Origin: a virus
Length of the DNA: 64,000 nt
Virus record (IMG/VR): IMGVR_UViG_3300025466_001905
Span: 14,158-78,157 of that record
Strand: one strand, 5' to 3'
Of the stretch, positions 44,785 to 56,900 are shown one piece after another; position 1 is the first letter of the stretch, and every line of letters starts with the position of its first letter. The position numbers and the translations under genes were made by a program. The notes under the pieces are model-generated. The model made no database searches and was not told the origin of the DNA. It saw only the letters and a list, made by a program, of their open reading frames with translations.

Positions 44785-44806
44785 GGTGATACTGATTTGT
44801 TTAATA

Positions 44807-45799
44807 TTATCCAGCAGTTGCTGCAATAGTAGGTGTGCCCCACTGCGAAGTAATATAAGTTGTTTCAGGCGAATAATATGTGACCAAAGTGGCCGGCGCA
44901 CTGCCAAATGACCCACCTGACGGAGCGCTGCCGCCAGAAATTTGTGCAGTAGATCCTGGATTGGTATCACCTGTACTGTGCCAGTATGTGGTATAAGTTA
45001 TGGTCGACCCACTGATGCTGGCATATACTTGAACATAATTACCAGAATAAGCTGAACCTGCATCATACTGCAAATACAGTTGTGTGTTTGACCCAGTATA
45101 ATTAAATACTCCTGTTGACGTGGCCAAGCCAGAAGGAGTACCAGATCCGGAAAACTTTGTTGTCCCTGTATAACCTGTGCTAGCAATAGTTTTACTGGTG
45201 CCAGCTCCGGTAAAGCGCAGGTATCCTACTACCCCATTGCCGCTGCCGTTGCCTATGAACGCATTCCATTCTGTGTCGGCCACTGTACCTGTGCTGGTTT
45301 TTCCAAATGCCATTTGAATAAACCCACCGCAGTTGAAAAAAGTGTAAAGTGCGGTGCTACTTGCAAATGTAACTGTGTGAGTAAAAGTTGCGGTCCATGC
45401 ACTGCCACCAGATCCATATCCACTATTTAAAGATGTAGTACCAGTCCAACCTGTGTACTGTGATCCTACTGCATAGGCGTTGTTGCGATTATTGTACAAA
45501 TTGGTTAAATCTGTGTTGATGTTAGATAATACTGAAATAGTCTGACCTGTAGTGGGATTACTTCTTGAAGTAATTGATGTGCCTTGATGATTGGCGGCAG
45601 CAGTCATGGTATTGTTCAATGTTGCCCATTGTGTAGCAGTAACTGTGTCAGTGGCAGACACTGTGTTTAAATTGCCTTGTCCATACCCTGCACCTGCTGA
45701 TGCAGTACCCCAGGTAGCATTAATATTTGCGCCTGAATTGGTATTCACAAACCCATTATAGTCTGTTGCTTGAATTAATCCGCCGGATGAATACGTCAT
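44807..45799 (-). CDS. Gly/Ser/Thr-rich virion (short tail fibre-like) protein
   Basis: MTYSSGGLIQATDYN, GYGQ, VTATQW, FFNCGG motifs; composition; position in the structural block. Confidence 0.7.
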   Translation of the reverse strand: MTYSSGGLIQATDYNGFVNTNSGANINATWGTASAGAGYGQGNLNTVSATDTVTATQWATLNNTMTAAANHQGTSITSRSNPTTGQTISVLSNINTDLTNLYNNRNNAYAVGSQYTGWTGTTSLNSGYGSGGSAWTATFTHTVTFASSTALYTFFNCGGFIQMAFGKTSTGTVADTEWNAFIGNGSGNGVVGYLRFTGAGTSKTIASTGYTGTTKFSGSGTPSGLATSTGVFNYTGSNTQLYLQYDAGSAYSGNYVQVYASISGSTITYTTYWHSTGDTNPGSTAQISGGSAPSGGSFGSAPATLVTYYSPETTYITSQWGTPTIAATAG

Positions 45800-45812
45800 T
45801 TTCTTTTTCCAA

Positions 45813-47093
45813 TCATGTTATTGTAACAATGGCTTCTATTAAACCTTCGTCTGTATTTAATTTATCTTGCAATGATCTGCCAATTACGTTGAAAGAACTG
45901 GCTTCTCCAGGGCGAGCTGCCCGTGCTTTACCATTTCCTGCACTGACTAAACGATCGCCCTTGTGAATAATACCAACACAGTTTACAGGAACTCGTCCTG
46001 TCATAGCCACTGGCGGATGTGTTGCATCAGTGCCAGCGCGACTATTCATTAGATACGCAGCTTTTGTACTGATAACACCAAAAACTGTTTCGCTGAGATC
46101 TTGTTTCGACATGGTTATTTCGGCTGATCCGCCAAGTTCTACCACAGTACCTGGTTCATATTCATAATCAGCTGCAAAACGCTCGGCCATGTCAGCATAG
46201 TTGGCATCAATTTGGTTTCCGCTGATAGTGCCAGTGCTACCATTGATTGTCATCACTGTGCTTATTGTGCCACCTTTGTTCACAGTAAAGTTTATGTTTC
46301 CATTGTTAGTTTGATTAGAAATATTAACTGCAGTTCCTACTACACCAACTCGGAAATCACTGTTTACTCCTACTGCAAGTCCTGTATTGTTAAGCACACT
46401 CAAAGTTCCAGATGTAGAAGTGGTTGTATCACTACGCATGAATTGTGTGGCTGATATGTTACCAACTGTTTGAGAATTGGTAGCAGTTCCTTGAAACAAA
46501 GGAACATTTGCTCCTACAATAGTTGCCAGTGTTATACCAGGACGTATAGTTGCGAATCCACTGATAGAATTTTGAGGAGTAAAAGTTGCATCCTGACTAA
46601 TGATGCCTACTATATCGTTGCCGCAATATAGTTCAATGCAGTAATGACTTACACTGCTGTTGTCTACAATAGTGGCAGGAATAGCTCCAGTGATGCCTTG
46701 GCCTGCATTGAACTGAGGACCAATCAATAACCACGTGCTACCTGTCCACACATTGAGTTGTTGATTTGTGGTATCAAACCACAAATCACCAGTGGAATTA
46801 CTAGTAGGGGCAGTGGCACTGGCTGTTGCTGCCGAAATGGTTTTGAACACAGTACCATTGTATATTTTGAGCACATTGTTGGTTTTATCCCACCAAAGTT
46901 GACCGGTCAATGGAGCTCCTGGCGGAGTGGTATTTGATCCTGACTCTAATAAACGTATGATATCGTCATTGATAAATTGACCATAGCCAGCATAATTTTT
47001 CCCCACCAAAGTCATTGAACTTGAAGTGTTTATTGTGCCATCTGCTACAGTAGCAAAAACAGCGCCATCGGTTAACGTAATTGTATACGACAT
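45813..47093 (-). CDS. Tail fibre/baseplate-associated protein with C-terminal autoprocessing chaperone-like domain
   Basis: LVGKNYAGYG, GQLWWD/GDLWFD repeats; C-terminal YADMAE...GTVV...GVIST...GRVPV...GDRLV...IG. Confidence 0.7.
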   Translation of the reverse strand: MSYTITLTDGAVFATVADGTINTSSSMTLVGKNYAGYGQFINDDIIRLLESGSNTTPPGAPLTGQLWWDKTNNVLKIYNGTVFKTISAATASATAPTSNSTGDLWFDTTNQQLNVWTGSTWLLIGPQFNAGQGITGAIPATIVDNSSVSHYCIELYCGNDIVGIISQDATFTPQNSISGFATIRPGITLATIVGANVPLFQGTATNSQTVGNISATQFMRSDTTTSTSGTLSVLNNTGLAVGVNSDFRVGVVGTAVNISNQTNNGNINFTVNKGGTISTVMTINGSTGTISGNQIDANYADMAERFAADYEYEPGTVVELGGSAEITMSKQDLSETVFGVISTKAAYLMNSRAGTDATHPPVAMTGRVPVNCVGIIHKGDRLVSAGNGKARAARPGEASSFNVIGRSLQDKLNTDEGLIEAIVTIT

Positions 47094-47116
47094 CTTTCAT
47101 CTACTCCGTCATTGTG

Positions 47117-47147
47117 TATTTAGTGCATAGTAATATATACATATTTA
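47117..47147 (-). promoter_or_regulatory. Two TAAATA late-type promoter motifs
   Basis: TAAATA on the minus strand at 47142-47147 and 47117-47122, followed by GGAG before ATG 47093. Confidence 0.55.
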
Positions 47148-47753
47148 TGCTGCGCTGAGGTTGGTTAATGTCTGAATACGCAAAGTGTAATCAATTTGTA
47201 TTTGACGATTTAAACTTTTTTGCACTGGATGAAATATCACATGCGTTATCAACAGCAGATTGGTAGAACTTCCAAACCAACATTTTAATCCAAGTTCATC
47301 AAACACATATTCACCATTGAAATTGGTGCTGTTGTCAAAAGCTTGTTGTCCAGCTGGTTCTCCGTAGTCTAACAAACATGTTACCACAATATCAGTGTAA
47401 ACATTACCAGAAGTATGCAACACAGTGATGTAATTATTGGCAGGGTTGGTATCAGCAGCAGAATTGTTGTCAACAACTTTGTAATATGTCTCGTTGTACA
47501 AATTGGCATTTTGCCCAGTGGTGTTTGGTGGCAAATAGGTAATAACTCCAGTAGGATCTACTGCGCTACCGCCGTTGCCAAAGGCCATTTGGTATATGTA
47601 TCCTAAATTTTTGTCACTCAACATGTTGGCCATACAGATGCTGATATTTTCATAGTGTATGGCATTTTTTTTGTCTAGTAAAATTTCTCCTGTTTTAGGA
47701 TCATGTATTTTGACAAATCCTTCTATTTTGGCCAGGCCGGGTTGAATGATCAT
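47145..47753 (-). CDS. Virion structural protein (baseplate/tail-collar-like)
   Basis: NAIHYEN, MAFGNGG, FDELGL, THVIFHPVQKS; structural gene context. Confidence 0.65.
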   Translation of the reverse strand: MIIQPGLAKIEGFVKIHDPKTGEILLDKKNAIHYENISICMANMLSDKNLGYIYQMAFGNGGSAVDPTGVITYLPPNTTGQNANLYNETYYKVVDNNSAADTNPANNYITVLHTSGNVYTDIVVTCLLDYGEPAGQQAFDNSTNFNGEYVFDELGLKCWFGSSTNLLLITHVIFHPVQKSLNRQIQIDYTLRIQTLTNLSAA

Positions 47754-47899
47754 GCTCTTTTCTCCACAAATTTTTCTTTTGTGTTAGGATCAAAAATCCT
47801 TACAAATCCTTCAACCAATATACTTCCTGTTTCATTTGGCCGCTTGGATGCGGGTTTTGGTTCTACAATCGGTTGTGTTGGTAGTTTGTTATCAATCAT
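47750..47899 (-). CDS. 49-aa protein resembling the N-terminus of the downstream structural protein
   Basis: MIDNKLPTQP...VEGFVRIFDPNTKEKFVEKRA; TAAATA 4 nt upstream; ATGA coupling. Confidence 0.7.
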   Translation of the reverse strand: MIDNKLPTQPIVEPKPASKRPNETGSILVEGFVRIFDPNTKEKFVEKRA

Positions 47900-47903
47900 G
47901 CTA

Positions 47904-47909
47904 TATTTA
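47904..47909 (-). promoter_or_regulatory. TAAATA late-type promoter, likely leaderless transcript
   Basis: GTAAATA-TAGC-ATG. Confidence 0.55.
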
Positions 47910-47915
47910 CCTTGC

Positions 47916-50900
47916 TTATAGACCACGTAGGAATCTTGCTGATGGAGTATCGGTTTCTTGCAGCGGTTTTCCATTGCTGGCAGTTCCAACACCGGGTGCG
48001 TACCAAGTTACACCTCTACGAACCAAAATAGTCACTTCTGAACCAATGTCTGGGGCAAGTGTAAATTCAACCGTGACAGGATTATCTGCAGTTATCACAT
48101 AGCCGGTGGTTTGCAATTCACCACCGACATATACTTCAACAGTTTGATTTCTAATAGAATCAGGCTCTTGAGAAATATCAAGATTAGCAGCCACAAACGT
48201 GGTTGTGGTACCGTCGGCAATGATACTATCTGACACAATGTAATTTTGATATTCTTTTGGTAACAAATTTCCAGGTCCCATGTTGTATACTGCACTGCCC
48301 ACTGCATGTGATGCAGCTGCTGTACCAGCAGTGCCTCTTAACAAACTGCTGACTGTGTTGTCTGTGGTATTTCTCACACGGTACATGATTCTTTCACCAT
48401 CTATGGTCAGTGCTCCCCAAATATTATCTGCTAGGTTAGGCTCAACCAGTGCGTTGGCATCAGTGACATAAATTATGTCAGCAGTGGCAGTAAGTGGTTG
48501 TGCCACCAAAGTAGTGGCATTGGGTGTGATTCTATAAGTGGCTTGTACGCCACGCATGTCTTGAAATATACGAAATGCCATGGCTTCTGGTACAACATAT
48601 TGTGTGAAACTGGTAATCACTACCACATCAGTTGATCCAATGATAGGACCAGTGATAGTTATACTTGACTTGTTGACTGTGTAACCTTGTCCATTGAATA
48701 CCCATTGGCCATTCAAAGTCACCAAGATTCGTTCTGGATTGGTTATAACATTTCCGGTATCAAACGTATTGCCTTGAGAGGTAGGCCCTTGCCACAACTG
48801 TGTAAGCAATCTTTGTTCAGTGGTATCATTCCAGGTTATAATTTCAATGATATCTCCTGCTTGCAAACTGATACCTGCACTGGGTTGAAATACCAACTGC
48901 GAACCTATCACATAATACTGTGCATTTGTTCTCACCGATACCAATATCACTGCTCCTGCATTGGCAGGATTTGACAGCGTAATCGTACGTGGGTTGACTC
49001 CGTCCCATGCATTCACAACATAATCAGTGTTTTGAATCAGTAATCTGTTGTTTTGGTACACAGCAACATCAAGATTATTTACTAGTGCAGGACTATATCC
49101 TCCGTTTTGAGGCAAATCATATGTGGTCTGAGAACCATCACTGACATAATCGACTCCGGCAGCTGGGCGTGCCCTGGCACCATTGATAGAAATCACAATG
49201 TTTACTGGATTGGTACCTTGTAAACTGTTGGTCAAACTGTAGGTCAAAATTGACGGATCTGCTACCACAATGGTTTGGAAAACTGGCAAACTCCAACTGT
49301 GTGTTGGGCCGCTTGGGGCATAGCCAAGACAGGTCAAGTTTATTCTGTCACTGTCTCCGTATGTGGTGGTAAAAGTTATTTTTGTTTCACGATCGGAATA
49401 AGAAGCATAATTGTAATCAGTTCCGGCCAATAACGGTCCTTGCTCACCGTTGTAGATTACAAATCCACTGATAGCACTGAAAGGAAAAGATACTATTATG
49501 GAATTACCGATAGTTGACCCCAAGTAGGTGTTATTCAACAGCTGATTGCCACCGCCGGTGGCCACAACTGCAACTTGAATAATATCGCCATCGCTAACGC
49601 CCTGTGTTAAACTAAAAGTGTAATTGACCCAATCATAGGAATCAGGTTCTACACCGAGCCCAGTTGTGATGTTCCAGGTAAGCACAACCATGGGATAGGG
49701 CAATAACTGACCAAAGTATGCTGTTGGATTGGCAATATTATAGGTATATCTCAGAGAGTATATAGGGAATCCAAATCCTTGTCCCAACCAATCTGCCCCT
49801 GGAGTTGTGTATACTCTAAAATCTAAAGTATCAAATTCTGCGCCTGGTACCAATTCTTCTGGGGCATGACTGCTATAGGGACTTATGTATGTGCCACCAT
49901 CAATGTTAATATCAGTGGGCCTAGTTCCAAGATACAAATCCAAGTACGAACTGCTGTATGTAACATCAAGAATACCAGGATCGTATGTGATAAATCCTGC
50001 AGGACTTATGTAAAAATTATCAAACGGATTGATATCAAAGTTACCAACATCAAATCCGGTGTTTTGACTAAACCCAGGAGCTGATACTTGAACTCCAGGA
50101 TAGTCAATTCCATTGACCAACAGTGGCAAACTCAATCCAGGCTGATTGGCAGTGGGATTGTAAAATCCCATGGTTCGATTCACTCCACTCAAAGATGCTG
50201 CAGGAATCAACGTCCATTCGCTGGGCAAAAATTCCAAAGAAGACTGAGTGGCATTGGCACTCCATACCACATTGGCATATCTCACTTGGGTTCCGCTATT
50301 GTAAACAACATTTGGTTGCCAATCCACTAGATAGGTATTGTATTCATATCTGTCATACTTGATAACTGTGCGAATTGAACGTACCAGACCATTGGACATC
50401 TGAGCTACAATCACTGCTCCTGACCCAGTTGTGGAAGTCAGTGTAATTTGTGCAGTGGTACTATATCCTTGACCTGGAGTGATAATATTCACCGCAGTGA
50501 TTTGACCAGAACTATTGACTATTGCTGTCATGGTGGCTTGCACTATACAAGTCCCAGAAACAGTCACCGTAGGCGGGTTGTTGTAGTCATATCCAGAACC
50601 GCCGTTGACCACCACAACGTCTTGTATTTCTAACAAATGATTGTTATACCATTGATTCCAAGGAAATTCTAACCAGATTGCTGCATTTGAAGCAGCATCA
50701 CTGTTGAAATTTTCTCCAGTGCTGTTTGCAATTGCATAAGGAGTCAACACAGGACTAACAAATTGAGGAATTTGCAACTTGTTATCCCAGTACGCTGGTA
50801 CATCATAATCCGTCAATGATCCATTGAATACATCTTGTCCTGTGTAAATCAGATTAAAATTAAGAATTTGCGTGTGATAGGGTTTGACTTCTTGTATGTA

Positions 50901-53900
50901 ATTTTCTACAAAAGTTTGATTGTCAGGTTGATACAATTGATAGGGCAACAATGCTCTCAGTGTATGGTCAACATTGATAAAACTGGTCTTGAGTAACCAA
51001 TCAGGTGCGGTGAATTCACTGTAGATATAGTTAAACATCAAAATTAATGACTGATTACGCTCTAGCAAAAGATCGCCAATGTAGATTTCTTCATTGAGTG
51101 CTCGAATAATTTGACGAGTTTCAATCACCGGTTCCTGGTCAAAATATTGTGCATCAAAAACTTCAGCATCAAAACCATACGGGCCCAGGGCGTAATTCCA
51201 TAGTGTTTCATCAAAGGCTATGGTACCGTTTTGTAGGCCAACTCTGTCCCAACTGGTTGTAGTTCTTTGATATATTTCAAATTTGCCCTGACTGTTGGCA
51301 GATACCTTGACACTGCTGCCAATTGGCACAGTAGACAAAGTCAAACTAGAAAGATCTGCATAGTTGGCCACTGTGGCCACAATTTGAGTTGAGTTGTTGT
51401 AGCCCGGGCGATACCAGTTGATATACCTCCAGTACATAGGAGTATCATAATTTTGTATACGCACAAGATTTAGTGTGCGTGCTGCTGGATTAGTTGCTAC
51501 AACTTCATAAATGGTCCATAAGCCGTGTTGACTAGAATCTGATTCAACCAAATACAAATACCCCAATGGTGCCTGTGCAAGATTCTGATAACTCAGTACA
51601 GTCAGATCTGGTACTTTGAAATTCCATGCGCCGGTGTTGGGAGCCGGCACAGGTTCAGAACTGTTGAGCAAGTTAAAACTTCTAGTTTCACTAATTGGAT
51701 ACTGAGCTAGTGTGTTGTTGGCCCTGGTAAGATAGTTTTGTAATGCAGTAAATCTATTGGCAAACATACTTTGTCGTGGGCGAAATTGAACTCCATAACG
51801 CTGACCTGGGCCCAATGTTGGATCAGGCACTAGATTTCCCAGAGTGTTGACTCCACAAAAACTATCCAGCAATTTTCGATACAAGTTGTCATTTAAAAAG
51901 CTATTTGGCTCTCCGTCAGCTATAAAAGCATATTCCACATGTACATCTGCATTGGTGGCTTGACGGTCATATCCAATGTGCAATATAGTATCATTTGCGG
52001 ACAACAAACTACTGGCATTATAAACTGCAATTGTACTGGCATTCAATCCTGCTATGTAAGGGATTCCGCTACCAATGGGATTCAGAATATAATTTGCAAT
52101 GCCGGCGGTACTCAAAGTTTTGCCTACCGATGTGTCAATGGTTGTAATTCCGCGAACCCAGTAATAGTAGTTGGTAACAAAAATGCCATTGGTGTCCACT
52201 GTGGTAGCCACAGTATAACTAATCGTGCTCAATGGAGTTCCTTGTCCAGCGTAATTAACAGGTGCCACTGAACTTTCTATCCATTGATAAACATCTACAT
52301 TGCTGCCAGGAAACACTTGACCCCAACGCTTGCTGGCATAGATAATGTCATCTTGCCCTGGATTAATAAATCTCACGCGATTGGTATCCCACCATATTTC
52401 CCCCACATGAGATGCTCCCCAACTTGTGCCCACGTCGTGAACTGAACCCTGATTGTAGTTTGCAGGATCTACTGCTCCAATGTAATCAATATTTTGTCTG
52501 GCTGCACCTAAGATTTTACCTTGCAAAGGGTCAATGAAATCATAGTAAGTTTGAGTGCTGTTCAGCTGTTTGTCGTAGCTGTAAACTGAATCTAGTAGAT
52601 TGGTATCTACCACCGGTTGTTGGTAGTATTTGACTTGCCATGCAGGAGCATCGGTAGGGTTATCAAACACATAAGCTTCGCCATAGCTATCAGCAGCTGG
52701 CACTCCTATCAGTAATCTTCCGTTGACATAATTTACGGCTGATGCAAAACTGTAGTCTACATCATTGGCATACTGCTCATCTGAGCTAATACCAGTGTTG
52801 TAAATTTGTTGGCCAAATATAAATGCTCCTGGATTGGCAGCTGACAAGCTTGCGCTGGGCAAATAGTCAAATGTGTATGCTACACCACTGTTATTTTGAA
52901 CCATAAAAAAGGTTGTACTACGCTCGTCAAAATAAGTGGTACCACCATCATATATTTCTTGTTCGTACACATTGCCATTGGGTGCGCCAACTATGAGATT
53001 GATTGCACCAGAATTAACACTGATACTAGATCCAAAATATGCATAATTGGTTGGGTTAGGACTTAGTATGTCCTGTGTCCAAATATATGTATTAAATCCA
53101 ATGTCAGCAAAAGCAGAATTTACCAGTCCGGGCAGAACACTGAGCTTGTTGAAAGGCATAGCGGTATCAGTGTTGATAACTGAAATCGTCAGCCTTCCAG
53201 ACACTACAACAATCAATGATTTGGCTGGTGGTGCAACAGTAAACAATATTTGTTGTGTAGAATTGTTGTAGGTATAATCAACTCCTGCAGTTTGTAGCAC
53301 AGTATTGATATAGACAACTGTGGTGTAGGAACTGGCAGCAGAGTAAACATTGCCTACATCATAAGTTTGAGTAGATCCATCTCCAACAAAGGTAAGATCT
53401 GTGGTCACATTGGCCATGGCATTTGGCACACTGGTCGCATTGATTGCGCGAGCCAACCCTGCAATGTTGTTGTTGGGTGCCGAAGGCACTGCAATCTCAA
53501 TACCGTTGATTCGAATGGTGTGTCCACCAATCAAAGAAGGATTGGCTGTGGTAGATGTTGTTACTCCGTAGGCCCGACTTTGATTGACTTGTCTTTCAAC
53601 CATGCCTGATTGGTCTGGGCCAGATTGACTGCTCTGTGGTGCACCAATGTAGAGACTGCAATTATTGGGACAAATTTTTACACTGTAGGCAAATGCTGAT
53701 GCGGTTGCTGGCATGTTGGCAGTTATTTTTTCAACCAACTGGAATTGATTGGTTTCAATTGTGAGTATATCTCCAATGGTCAATGTCACAGATGAGCTCA
53801 ATACAATATTACTGCCGCTTATGGTGAATTGTCCATTGATAAATTGCGCAGCATCGGTCAGATACATGTTGTTCAAGAGTACTGCTATAGGCGCTGTGTA

Positions 53901-56900
53901 TGATCCTGGAATAACATAGGTAGTTTGGGCAGTATTGGTAATTTGATAATTTATCAATCCGCGATCATAGACATAAACTGCTCCTGCGTCAGGTAGACTT
54001 CCAGCAGAATCATTTACTGCACCTACTAACAGTTGTCTACCATCTGTGGTTGTACTAACGCTGGCCCCAAATACTGCGTCACCGGCCAATCCACTGGCAG
54101 TAATGGCGCTAATATATTTCCAGTATGTTTCAGTAGTGATTTCAATTACTGCACCAGCAGGAGGTATAGTAATAAAATTTAGATTTCCACTGATAAATGT
54201 GTAGTCAATGTAAGGTCGTTGAGTGGTGCCGTTGACCTCAACTGCAAATGAATATATGTCAGATACTGTGTAAAAATAATTGACCAAGGCAAAATTGTTG
54301 TTGGTCGTGATACCACTGCCAGTGAATGTGAATGCTGTAATTGCCCCAGCGCTGACTGCTGTGACTGTGACAGTTATGTTGTTTGCACTAGATCCATTGG
54401 GACAAATTCTTACATAATTTATGGTCAGTGTATCGCCAATTGCATATCCGCTGCCGCTGGCAGTCAACGTGGTATTATATACTCCTCGGGTGTTGACCAC
54501 AGTGAATTTTGCACCTGATCCGGCGCCACTGGTAGAATTTTGAGCAATATTGTAATAAATTGCATGATCAATTTGCCCAGCCTGGCGTCGTAGAAGTTTG
54601 ATTGGTTGTCCAGGTGCAGGTGCAGTATAAAATTGCACAGAATTTGCATCCAGTGTATAATCATTGCCATACACAGCAATAACATTGTTGATGAGCACAA
54701 TCAATTGGCTGGTATAAAAAGGATTTATTACAATTGAATCTGACCAATTGAATGCTGTGGTTAAACCGTCACTGGTGTAAGTTACTGTCTGAGACTGCAC
54801 ATCTACTCTGCCGTAGGCATAAACTGTGTCAACTCCAGGAGCACTTATATACAACCAACGTTCATCTTGGCTGATTGCCACTGCTGAGCCAAACTGTGCA
54901 TTGCTGAAATTTTGATCAGGCGAAACAAACAACTGTGTTTGAATATAATCATTGGTGCCAGGAATTTGGTATACAGTGGCGGCATAGCCAGCATTACTAT
55001 TGCTAGCGCTGGCTCCTATCACTGCCCAATTATTGTCACCAAACATCACAGTATTTCCAAAGCCCGCAGTATCAACTGCAGACAGTGTTAAAATTACATT
55101 GTCAACATAAGGAACCGTGGTAGATTGACGATATGTGTATACAGCTCCTGCTCCTGAATAATCAGCAGGAGCACCAATCAAAACACTGTAGTGATTTTGT
55201 GTCTGACTTACACTGGTTCCAAACAACGAATTAGCAAACAGTTTATAGGGAGCAATTAAATTTGCTATTTTGAATGGAGCAGTTTTTTGTAAAACTTCCC
55301 AGTGACCCGAGCCATCATTGTCCACCCAGGCCTGTGCACCAGGCACTAGTTCTCTAGCGTAAGGTAAATTGACAATGTCACTAGCTTGACCAACTCGCAT
55401 GCTTTGTAGATAAAATACCAGACCATTTCCAGTTATCTGAGTTTGAGTGGTATTTGTAAATGCAAAAGCAATAACTAGAGTGGTTGAATTTGGTACACGT
55501 AGTACGCGGTATACTCCGTCAACTGCATTGTTAAAGTATTTGATGATCAGTATGTCGCCCACTGCTCGACCATGTATACCACTGAATTGGACCAGACTGG
55601 TAGAATTTAAATTATTACTCAAAGCAATCATGCGACCTGCAACCTGCACACATCTATAGATTCCCCAGTCATAACTGTTGATTTGTGCTACCCAAATCAC
55701 GGTATTATTCCCAATTATATTGATATTGGCATCTATATTTGTGGGATTGTTTAAATTAAAAACAGTGATGTCTACATCATTGATGTTGACATACCCAGCA
55801 GTAGGCAGAGCAGTGTCAAGATTTGTTCCATATGTGGTTGGCAAAATATCAACTGAGGGAATGGCATAACTCTCACTCCATAAATCGTTCAAATATATTG
55901 TTTGATTGGCTTGACTTGCTTGTCCTGGTTGTATGATTTGCACTACACCAGGATTGCCAGTCAACACTGCTTGATTCAAGGCTATTTCAAACCAGCTGCG
56001 ATTGGCATTGGCACCATATGTTCCAACCAACACGCCCCAGTTTTCGTAAATATTGTACTGCCCAGTTTCTCTTCCTAAATTGGCCTGCGTAAATAATTCA
56101 GCACTTAATCTAGTACCCTTGGTGGCAATAAAATTTTGATAGATTTGAATCTGGCTTACATCATCCAGATTTAAATCAACCATATATTGACGTGGACGGT
56201 ATCCTATAAGGCCGTATGCAAGTAAATCATTATCGCTGGCCAAGTTGGCATCATAGATATTGTAACTGTTGGCCTGTTGGTCAGCTTTGTTTGGAATATT
56301 AGGTAAAAGCCCTTGGTCAATCATGGCATAATTGCTCTTAACCCAGTTGGCATAGTCAAATGTGTCAGCTGGTTGAACTATGGTCAATGCACTCCAATAA
56401 TTGTTTTTGTACAGTACAATTTCGCCTTTGGTGTATTTCACATTGGGTTGCCATTGAATCACATTGTTTTGATTTAGTACAAATCCCTGTGCATTCAGTG
56501 TGCCATCCCAATCACTGCTGATATTGGCTTTCCACGCCACACGATTTTGTCGTTCTGCGGTTATAGGGTCGTAGATTAAATCATTGAAAATACTCACATT
56601 GTTCAACACTGCCATATTTTCGTAGGTGGTAAATTTCAAATCCAAATACGAAATAGTTTGACTTGTTGAACTTGATATAGTAAATGTATCGCCATCGCGT
56701 ACAATAATCAAATTATTGGCTTTGATACTTTGTTTATTTTGATCAGTTAGCTGATTCTCTGGTGTCAAACTTGTTACTGCTGCTACCACTGCACCAGGTT
56801 TATACACAGTTATTTTACTGGCACCCGGATTCAAATTTATAATTGTGCCGGGCGCCCAGCCTTGTTGACTCCAGTACAAAAATTCCTGAGCCATCTGCTG

